Assembly (NCBI GenBank): GCA_021154885.1 | Contig: JAJKHS010000055.1 | Span: forward strand, 1,559 to 65,558 | Length of the DNA stretch: 64,000 nt | Direction: 5' to 3' | DNA from: Thermoanaerobaculum sp. | GTDB taxonomy: Bacteria > Acidobacteriota > Thermoanaerobaculia > Multivoradales > UBA5704 | Shown here: positions 56,205 to 64,000 of the stretch, in pieces | Layout of the letters: each line of letters starts with the position of its first letter | Position numbering within the stretch: position 1 is the stretch's first letter | Notes under the pieces: model-generated | What the model saw: the letters and a program-made list of their open reading frames with translations, nothing else | The model's database searches: none | What the model was told of the DNA's origin: nothing | Translations under genes and position numbers: made by a program

Positions 56205-56470
56205 ATTGGACGACCCTGCTGCAAAACTCGCGAGGCCTGGTACGGCCTCGCGAAGCCTGCTGCGGAGCTCGCGAGGCCCGGTCCACGCCTCGCGAGCCCT
56301 CTACGAGATTTCGTGAGTTTTGCAGCAGGCCTCGCGAGCCCAGTACAGGGCTCGGGAACTTTGCAGCACGCCTCGCGAGCCTTGTAACAAGTCTCGCGAG
56401 TTTCGCAACAGGGCTCCCGATCTTCGCGGCAGGGCTCGCAATCCCTCCACCGGGATTCGCGAGCTCAGCG
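56205..56470. repeat. tandem direct repeat array, ~12 units on a strict ~21-bp register, each carrying the palindromic octamer CTCGCGAG (or 1-mismatch variants), in convergent intergenic gap
   Basis: CTCGCGAG-like starts at 56227, 56247, 56268, 56289, 56331, 56351, 56372, 56393, 56435, 56456 (intervals 20/21/21/42/20/21/21/42/21). Confidence 0.65.
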
Positions 56471-57958
56471 CCCCCCTTCCAGCCCCTCGTTCACGAACAC
56501 CACCACCTTCTGCCGCGGACGCAGCACGTACTCCCGCCGGCGGTACCGCTCCTTCAGAGCCATCAGCAACTGGTCCTCCATGTCCCCCTCGACGATGAGG
56601 ACGTCGGCGTCCGCGTCGTCCGGGACGTCCTGGCTGTACTCCATGTCCTTCACGTCGTGGAAGTACCAGGGGAGTGGCCAGGCGTGGTGGCCCACCATGA
56701 GGAGGGAGGGAGTCTCGCCCGGCGGTATCCGGCCGAGGACGCTCCGCACCTGGACGAGGAGGTCCTTCACGTCGCGGTCCGTGGGGACGTAGACCAGCGC
56801 CAGGGAGTCGTCGTCGTAGCGCAGGAAGGAGACCTGGATGGAGCGCCAGGCCCCCCAGCCCAGCCCCAGCGCGAAGAGCGCCACGAGCCCCGCACTGACG
56901 GCCCGCGACCAGGGTCTCGCGAACGCCTCCCGGAAGAGCACGCCCCCCGCGACCGCCGCCGGCAGCACGAGGTTGAGGTCCAGCCAGGGGGTCTTGTAGC
57001 GCAGCAGGGAGTAGGCCGCGAGCTCGCCGCCGGCCCAGAGGGCGCAGAAGGTGCCGAAGGCGTCCCGCCGGCGGATCGCCAGCCAGCCGCCGGCCACGGC
57101 GCAGGCCACCGTCACGGTCTCGAACCCGAGGAGCAGGCGGGGGAAGTAGTGCCAGGGCTTCGCGTGCTCCGCCCCCGCGATCCCCTTGTTGGCCCACAGG
57201 AAGAAGGTGCGGACGGAATCCGCGAGCCCATTCGGGTTGGTGAAGAAGGACGTATAGAGAAAGACGTAGGGGACGGCGAATGCCACCGCCGCCCAGATCA
57301 CCGCCTCCAGGGCCGGCCGCCCCAGCAGCGCGCCCAGCCTGGGCCGGCCGTACGCCCAGACCCGGGCCAGGACGGCGGCGATCGCCAGCACGGCCAGCGT
57401 CAGGACGTAGGTCTCCTTGATGGTGGCCAGCAGACCGAGGCAGAGGGCGGCGAGGACCAGGTCCCGCTGCCGCCGGGTCTCCAGGTAGAGCAGGCCCGCC
57501 ACCACCAGCGCCAGGGTGAAGAAGACCAGACAGGTCTCGTGGATCAGGTCGCGGCCATAGGAGACGAGAGAGGGGGAGAGGGCGAGCATCCACGCCGCGG
57601 CCGTCACCCCCGCCACCTCCAGCCGGCGCCGCAGGGGGAGGAGCAGCGGCACCATCGCCGAGGAGAGGAGGGCGATGGGCACCCGCAGGGCGAGGTCCCC
57701 CACGCCCGTCACGGCGGCGAAGGGGACCCCGAAGTAGAAGAGGAAGGGGCCGTGGAACTTGTCGGGGTCGTAGCTGAACTGGTAGCCGTTCAGGATCTTG
57801 TACAGGAACCAGGCGTTGACCCCCTCGTCATGGTGGAGAGGGCGATCCCCCAGCGCGAACAGACGGAAGGCCAGGGCGGCGGCGAACGCCACCCAGAAGG
57901 GCAGCCACCGGACCGTCAGCACTTCGCGAAAGCTCGACCTCGTCTCCGGCGCCGCCAC
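56465..57958 (-). CDS. polytopic membrane glycosyltransferase of the ArnT/PMT (GT39/GT83-like, TIGR03663-type) family
   Basis: FRLFALGDRPLHHDEGVNAWF near N-terminus (DE/HHDE motif of PMT_2 family); 11+ TM helices; C-terminal soluble domain. Confidence 0.55.
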   Translation of the reverse strand: MAAPETRSSFREVLTVRWLPFWVAFAAALAFRLFALGDRPLHHDEGVNAWFLYKILNGYQFSYDPDKFHGPFLFYFGVPFAAVTGVGDLALRVPIALLSSAMVPLLLPLRRRLEVAGVTAAAWMLALSPSLVSYGRDLIHETCLVFFTLALVVAGLLYLETRRQRDLVLAALCLGLLATIKETYVLTLAVLAIAAVLARVWAYGRPRLGALLGRPALEAVIWAAVAFAVPYVFLYTSFFTNPNGLADSVRTFFLWANKGIAGAEHAKPWHYFPRLLLGFETVTVACAVAGGWLAIRRRDAFGTFCALWAGGELAAYSLLRYKTPWLDLNLVLPAAVAGGVLFREAFARPWSRAVSAGLVALFALGLGWGAWRSIQVSFLRYDDDSLALVYVPTDRDVKDLLVQVRSVLGRIPPGETPSLLMVGHHAWPLPWYFHDVKDMEYSQDVPDDADADVLIVEGDMEDQLLMALKERYRRREYVLRPRQKVVVFVNEGLEGGR

Positions 57959-58003
57959 GGCGTTCGCGCTCGCTCCTCACCTGCAAAAAGGGGATCAATT
58001 GGA

Positions 58004-58474
58004 TCAAATATGACAGGTCGCCAGCCCGCGCTTCTCCAGATACTGCTGATGGTATTCCTCGGCCCGCCAGAAATCGGCGGCCGGCTCGATCTGCGTCACG
58101 ATGGGCCGCTTGAAGCGCCCGCTCTTCTCCAGCCGCTCCTTGGACGCGCGGGCCGCGGCCTCCTGGTCGGGTGACTCGAAGAAGATCGCGGACCGGTACT
58201 GCCGGCCCACGTCCGGCCCCTGCCGGTTGAGCGCCGTCGGATCGTGATTCTCCCAGAACACGTTCAGCAGGTCGTCGTAGGAGGTCACGGCGGGATCGTA
58301 CTCCACCCGCACCACCTCGGCGTGGCCCGTGGTGTCGGTGCAGACGTCATGATAGGTGGGGTTCTTGACATGCCCGCCGGCGTAGCCCACCGCCGTCGAC
58401 TTGACCCCATTCACCCGGCGGAACGCCGTCTCAACTCCCCAGAAGCAACCCGCTCCGAACATGGCGTTGGCCAT
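58004..58474 (-). CDS. msrA: peptide methionine-S-sulfoxide reductase MsrA
   Basis: [10 protein letters not shown] active-site motif; 156 aa. Confidence 0.88.
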   Translation of the reverse strand: MANAMFGAGCFWGVETAFRRVNGVKSTAVGYAGGHVKNPTYHDVCTDTTGHAEVVRVEYDPAVTSYDDLLNVFWENHDPTALNRQGPDVGRQYRSAIFFESPDQEAAARASKERLEKSGRFKRPIVTQIEPAADFWRAEEYHQQYLEKRGLATCHI

Positions 58475-58556
58475 TTGGAAATCCTCCTTTGGATGGAATC
58501 CGGGGGCGGACCTCCCCCGTCCGTCCTCTTAGAACAGGTGCGCTCGCGGGGATGTT

Positions 58557-59462
58557 TCAAGCCGGCTCGCCCTCGAACGGCTCCATGTGGACCAAGACCC
58601 CGAGCACTGTGGGCACCGCGGCCTGGATGGCGCTCTTGACCTTGCCGCTGACGACATGGGCGTCGTGGAGCGACATGGCGGGATCGGCCTGGACGTGAAT
58701 GTCCACGAACAGGCCCAGGCCGGCCCGCCGCACTTTGAGCTTCTCCGTGGCCGCCACCTCCGGAACCGACATCGCGGCGGCGGCGATGCGCTCCACCACC
58801 TCGCCCTCGGGGCTGCGGTCCATCAGGTCGCCGACGGCCGGCCGCAGGATGCGGACGCCGTTGAAGAGGATCACCGCCGCCGCGGCTAGGGCCGCCCAGT
58901 CGTCCGCCGAGGCCCACCTCGGGCCGCCGACCAGGGCGATGCCGATGCCGATGGCGGCCGCCGCCGAGGTCAGGGCGTCGCTGCGGTGGTGCCAGGCGTC
59001 TCCCTTGACGGCCGTGCTCTCCACTTCGGCCCCCACCTTGAAGACGCGGCGGAAGAGGACCTCCTTGACGGCGATGACCGCCAGGAGGACCGCCAGCGTG
59101 AACGGCGCCGGCGAGTGGTGGGGGATGCGGATCTCCCGCACGGCTTCGATCGAGATGCCACTGGCGGCCCCGACGAGCATGAGGCCCACCACTACCGCGG
59201 CCAGGGCCTCGGCCTTGCCGTAGCCGAAGGGGTACTGCTCGTCGGCCGAGCGGGCCGAGATCCGCAGGCCGCTCCAGACGATGAAGGAGGAAAAGACGTC
59301 GACCAGCGACTCCACGGCGTCGGCCACCAGGGCGTAGGAGTTGCCCAGCACACCGGCCAGGAACTTGATCAGGGCCAGGCTGGCGTTGACCAGCAGCCCC
59401 GACTGGGCCGCCCGGGCCCCCCGCTCCGCCCGTTCGCGGATCACCTCCTCCCCGATCTGCAT
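58557..59462 (-). CDS. cation diffusion facilitator (CDF) family metal efflux transporter
   Basis: 6 TM N-domain with ...ALVADAVESLVDV..., HHRSDALTS..., C-terminal cytoplasmic domain; start ATG 59460-59462. Confidence 0.8.
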   Translation of the reverse strand: MQIGEEVIRERAERGARAAQSGLLVNASLALIKFLAGVLGNSYALVADAVESLVDVFSSFIVWSGLRISARSADEQYPFGYGKAEALAAVVVGLMLVGAASGISIEAVREIRIPHHSPAPFTLAVLLAVIAVKEVLFRRVFKVGAEVESTAVKGDAWHHRSDALTSAAAAIGIGIALVGGPRWASADDWAALAAAAVILFNGVRILRPAVGDLMDRSPEGEVVERIAAAAMSVPEVAATEKLKVRRAGLGLFVDIHVQADPAMSLHDAHVVSGKVKSAIQAAVPTVLGVLVHMEPFEGEPA

Positions 59463-59491
59463 GAGGGGATAGGTTACCGCAGCGGCGAGAT

Positions 59492-59603
59492 GGACGGCAG
59501 GGACTTCAGGGACGACAGGAACTTCAAGGACGCGAAGAATGTCGCCAAGACGGATCTTCTTCGTCTCTTGTCCTATTGTCCCTGTTGTCCCTGCCGTCCC
59601 TGG
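59492..59603. repeat. palindromic heptad element, copy B (degenerate): ggCAGGGACttCAGGGACgaCAGGaACttCAaGGACg ... cGTCtCTtgTCCtatTGTCCCTGttGTCCCTGccGTCCCTGg; 30 nt upstream of CDF transporter start
   Basis: Same CAGGGACnn x4 / GTCCCTGnn x4 architecture and shared core cagggacttcagggacga as copy A; inner gaagaa...ttcttc IR. Confidence 0.65.
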
Positions 59604-59620
59604 CCGCGCCCATGCTCCGT

Positions 59621-60700
59621 CTACGGGCAGGTCGCGAAGGCGCTGCTGTCGGTCACCGCGGGAGCGGGCGGACCGGCGTAGTTGAAGTAGACCTTGTTCT
59701 GAAACGCCTTGGTGTCGAAGACTTCCATGCGGTAGAAGCGATCGGTCGTGGCCGCGGAGTAGATCCAGTAGCGGCTGTTCAGGGAGCAGGCGTTGATCGC
59801 CTTGACCATCACCTCCCAGTTGTCCGAGCTGAAGAACCAGAAGACGCCCGAGTTGGGGCCGGCAAAGACCACGTGCGCGGTGCCGTCGCTGGGACCCGGC
59901 GTGGTCGCGGTGCGAAAAGTCGTGGTGATGAGGAACCGGCCCTGCAGACAGAGCTGGTTCACGGTGCTCCCCGAGCACGGGGGGCCGGCCGGGAAGTTCA
60001 GATACCCGACGCCCGAGCCGGTCAGGACGCCGTTGTGCCCGCCCACCACGTCGTTGGCCGTGGCCTGGAGAGACCAGACCGCCACCAGCCCGGGCTGGGC
60101 CGTGTTGATGGGCACGTTGATGGTGCTGCGGATCTGGTCCTGGGTGCGGGCCACGTTCCACAACCGCACTTCGTTGATGGCGCCGTGCGGCGTGTGATTC
60201 GGGTATTTGACGTCGCTGCCGATTTGCAGCGGATCCCCGGTGGCCGGCAGAGAGCCGGTGTCGGAGACGCTGAGGACGACCTCGCCGTTGATGTAGTGCT
60301 TGCGGGTGACGCCATCGTAGACCACCGCGAAATGAGTCCATTGACCCGCCGGAAGGGTCCCTCCATCCTTGAGGCTGGCGGTGCCCTTGAGGTAGGACCT
60401 CAAAGTCGTGCCGCAGATGCCGACCCACCAGGCCTGCTGGTAGTTCTTGCCGACGATGTTGCTGCAGCCCCCGAGATCGGTGACGTTGACCCAGCCTTCG
60501 AGGGTGAAAGCGCTCACGGGGTTGAGCGCCGCGACACTCGGAACGTTGACGTAGCCGTTCGCCGGCCCGGTGAGGGTCAGCCAGGCATTGAACGGCTGGG
60601 CCTGGGCCGCCGGGGCGAGCCACAGGGCGAACGCGAACACCGCCAGCCAGATGGCGGGGAGCCGCCGCCTTCCTGAACTGAGAATTTCACTCATCGCCAA
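59621..60700 (-). CDS. secreted LamG/concanavalin-A-like lectin-fold protein
   Basis: Signal peptide (possible RRRL Tat-like); AFTLEGWVNVTD, GKNYQQAWWVGI, HFAVVYDG, YINGEVV, LQIGSD, INEVRLWNVARTQDQI = LamG_3 pattern. Confidence 0.6.
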   Translation of the reverse strand: MAMSEILSSGRRRLPAIWLAVFAFALWLAPAAQAQPFNAWLTLTGPANGYVNVPSVAALNPVSAFTLEGWVNVTDLGGCSNIVGKNYQQAWWVGICGTTLRSYLKGTASLKDGGTLPAGQWTHFAVVYDGVTRKHYINGEVVLSVSDTGSLPATGDPLQIGSDVKYPNHTPHGAINEVRLWNVARTQDQIRSTINVPINTAQPGLVAVWSLQATANDVVGGHNGVLTGSGVGYLNFPAGPPCSGSTVNQLCLQGRFLITTTFRTATTPGPSDGTAHVVFAGPNSGVFWFFSSDNWEVMVKAINACSLNSRYWIYSAATTDRFYRMEVFDTKAFQNKVYFNYAGPPAPAVTDSSAFATCP

Positions 60701-60791
60701 ACCTCCTTTAACGATGGACGAGTCGGGAAACCTATAGCAGTTCTTTGATCTTACACCCTCACCCTCTTGGGCGTGAGCCCTGAAGGTTTCG

Positions 60792-62108
60792 TTACACCCG
60801 GGCCGGCGCGGTGGAGGTGCCGCGGTAGACCGCGAGGTAGGCCTCCAGGGTCTCGAGAGCCAGGCGGTCGGCGGGGCTGTTGACCACTTGGACGCCGCCG
60901 CGGCGCAGGTGGCGGGCCAGCCGGCGGTTGGCGAGCTGCATCTCCAGACTCGCCACCTGGGCGAAAGCCTGGGCCGGAGTGGCGGGCGGGGTGGACGCCA
61001 GCTCCCGCAGCTCGGGGTCCTCCAGGTTCACCAGCAGCGCCCGGTGGCGGCGTCCGAGGCGCAGTAGCGACTCGCGCAGCAGCTCGGCCGCCGCGAGGTC
61101 GACCACCGAGGTCAGGAGCACGGCGGTGGCGCTGCGCGATTCGACCTCGAAGACCGCCTCGGCGGCGAGGTCATAGGCCGGCTCGGCGAGCTGGGCCTCG
61201 ACATCGTAGAGGGCCGCGTAGGCGAGGCCCACGCCACGGCCGCCGGAGCGCACCCGCACGGTGCGCAGGACGCGGTCCGCGAAGGCCACGAGGGTCACCT
61301 GGTCGCCGCGGGCCGCGGCCACGCGGGTGAGGGCCAGGGTGGCCGCCACGGCGTAATCGAGCTTGCTGCGCCGGCCGTCCATGGAAGCCATGGCGCGGGC
61401 GCAGTCGAGAAGGACGACGAGGCGGGCGCTGCGCTCCCAGGTCTCCTCGCGCGTCACCAGGCGACCGTGGCGAGCGGTCGCCTTCCAGTGGATCTTGGCC
61501 AGCGGATCGCCCGGCAGGTACTCGCGCAGGGCATAGGGCTCGGTGCCGACGCCGTGCAGGCGCAGGGGGATCTGCCCCATGCGCCGGCGCTGGGCGAGGG
61601 CCAGGAGCTGCCCCACCTTCCCCTCCCAGCGCACCTGCGGGTAGACGCGGACGGCCTGCCCCGGCAGCAGCTCGCGCTGCGCCCAGGCGAGCTGCCACGG
61701 CCCCAGGACGCGGGCGGTCAGCGGCCCGGTCGTGTGCTCGCCCCGGCGGCGGGGGGTGAGCGTGTACGTCCAGCGGACCTCGCTTGGGCCCCGGAGCGTG
61801 AGGAGCCGGCGCAGGGGCGAGTCCGCCACCCCGGGGTGCAGGCCCTCGCGCAGCAGCGCCGTCAATGAGCCGGCTGTCGAGGCCACGCGGACCTCCACCT
61901 CGCCGGGAGCCCCCTGCACCAGCAGGGGCGGCCAGCGCCGCGCCGCCGTCAGGGGCGTGGCCGCGGCCCGCCGCCAGTCCGCCAGGGCCGCCACGGCCAC
62001 CAGCACGTCCAGGGCCATCGCCGTCCAGGCCAGGCGCGCGTCGAGGAACGACGCGACGAGCAGCAGGGTGATCAGACCCAGGAGCTGGAAGGTGCGAGCG
62101 GCGGGCAC
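60792..62108 (-). CDS. DUF58-domain protein (MoxR partner)
   Basis: [38 protein letters not shown]; N-terminal TM helices. Confidence 0.75.
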   Translation of the reverse strand: MPAARTFQLLGLITLLLVASFLDARLAWTAMALDVLVAVAALADWRRAAATPLTAARRWPPLLVQGAPGEVEVRVASTAGSLTALLREGLHPGVADSPLRRLLTLRGPSEVRWTYTLTPRRRGEHTTGPLTARVLGPWQLAWAQRELLPGQAVRVYPQVRWEGKVGQLLALAQRRRMGQIPLRLHGVGTEPYALREYLPGDPLAKIHWKATARHGRLVTREETWERSARLVVLLDCARAMASMDGRRSKLDYAVAATLALTRVAAARGDQVTLVAFADRVLRTVRVRSGGRGVGLAYAALYDVEAQLAEPAYDLAAEAVFEVESRSATAVLLTSVVDLAAAELLRESLLRLGRRHRALLVNLEDPELRELASTPPATPAQAFAQVASLEMQLANRRLARHLRRGGVQVVNSPADRLALETLEAYLAVYRGTSTAPARV

Positions 62109-62132
62109 GGCGGTCTCAGCAGGGACGAGGCC

Positions 62133-63118
<986 letters not shown>

Positions 63119-63122
<4 letters not shown>

Positions 63123-63883
63123 GGTGCGGTCTCCCGTTCGTTCTCAGATCCCAGGCCCTGGCGCCGCCGCGCCACCTCCCGTGCCAGGGCCACCAGGCCG
63201 CGGGCATCCGCGACCTCGGCCCGGCCGTCGAAATCGGCGGGAAGGTCGAATTTACGGTCCAGCTCGCGGACGCGTGCGAGGAGCCGCCGCGCCGCTTCCC
63301 GGTGGTGCCCCAGCCGGTGGTGGATCGCCCCCAGCCCGAGCAGGAAGGCGCCCGCCGAGCCGGTGACCACCGGCGGTGGACTCCAGGCCGGGCCGAAGGG
63401 GCGCGCCAGCGTCAGCACCGCGGCGAGGTAGAGCACGGCGAGGTGGAGGAGGATGAGGTCCAGGGTACGGCCGAGGGCCGCCGTCTCCACCGGCGACGGG
63501 CCGGCCAGGCCGTGATGATACTCGTCGAAGGTCCAGTCGTCCCCCAGCCGGCGGCGCAGGGTCTCCAGCAGATCGGCGTTGCCGGCATTCCCCAGCCGGG
63601 CGTTGGCGAAGGCGTCGGCCGGCACGAACCAGATCGTCCCCCGGCGGTGGGAGAGGGCGGCCACCAGCGGCTCGCCGCCCGGGCCCTGGTAGAGCGTCGG
63701 GGCCAGCTTCGGGACCGCTGGCGCCCAGCGCGGGGCCCAGACGCGCACCGGCTCCCCGGGCCCCGCCAATCCCGGGGCCGGGCGGAGGTCCCACTCCTCG
63801 CGGGTTTGCTGCCGCCAGCGCAGGGGATTGAGCGTCGTCTTCCGCACTTCGTGAAGGGACAGCCCCAGGCCCTTCAGCGTCAC
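63119..63883 (-). CDS. hypothetical protein upstream of MoxR (possibly DUF4350-like); may be 5'-incomplete within window, upstream frame continues toward 64000
   Basis: ATGA overlap with moxR start; TM helix [18 protein letters not shown]; no firm domain call. Confidence 0.35.
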
Positions 63884-64000
63884 GATCTCGGCGGGGTTCT
63901 CCAGGTCACCCGAGTAGGCCAGGACGAGGCTGCCGCCCCGCCGCAGGTGCGCCTCCAGCGGTTCGCCGGCGCTCGCGGCCAGGCCCTGCTGCCAGGGGAA

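Overview
High-GC (~68%) bacterial chromosomal segment; the gene content (selenocysteine formate dehydrogenase, many secreted proteins, BlaI/BlaR1, MoxR/DUF58) loosely suggests Acidobacteriota-like soil bacteria. All calls below are from reading the sequence by eye; no searches were run.

The 5' ~7.8 kb looks like an accessory patch:
- A low-GC stretch (1-1000) holds two hypothetical genes.
- A heavily decayed IS21-family istA remnant follows (in-frame TGA and TAA, a +1 frameshift, 3' truncation, no istB).
- Next comes a translationally coupled SF2 helicase + DUF1998 gene pair resembling the DrmA/DrmB core of DISARM. It has no PLD nuclease or methylase and ends directly at a tRNA-Phe(GAA) gene. 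This is my best candidate for an under-described defence module.

The rest of the window is mostly housekeeping or envelope genes: purH, LolA-like, yajQ, polyprenyl synthase, a formate dehydrogenase-N-type operon (Sec codon plus SECIS in the alpha subunit, NrfD-type anchor), ornithine aminotransferase, dienelactone hydrolase, tRNA-Ala(CGC), a secreted isoamylase with CBM20, an amidohydrolase, BlaI/BlaR1, an AlkP-family phosphodiesterase, a SpoIIE phosphatase, MarR+OYE, MsrA, a CDF transporter, and MoxR/DUF58.

Several unusual loci are interleaved with these:
- A tandem array of secreted small-protein genes, each followed by a cytoplasmic ZAS-like zinc-finger/TPR gene (three TPR paralogs, two peptide genes).
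- A PilZ-AMIN protein / AMIN-less AmiC-type amidase / MamK-like actin operon.
- A PspA(ESCRT-III-like)-coiled-coil-AAA(Vps4-like) operon.
- An orphan, N-truncated CcdA-like antitoxin ORF (53 aa, below the ORF-track cutoff) in a low-GC pocket.
- A metallophosphoesterase whose conserved N-terminus lies behind an in-frame TAA.
- Two unrelated 21-bp-periodic tandem repeat arrays, both in convergent intergenic gaps.
- Two copies of a long palindromic element built from CAGGGAC heptads, each sitting directly upstream of a stress-gene start (MarR and the CDF transporter).

No CRISPR array and no rRNA genes were seen. Many long ORFs in the six-frame track are antisense shadows typical of high-GC DNA and were rejected.
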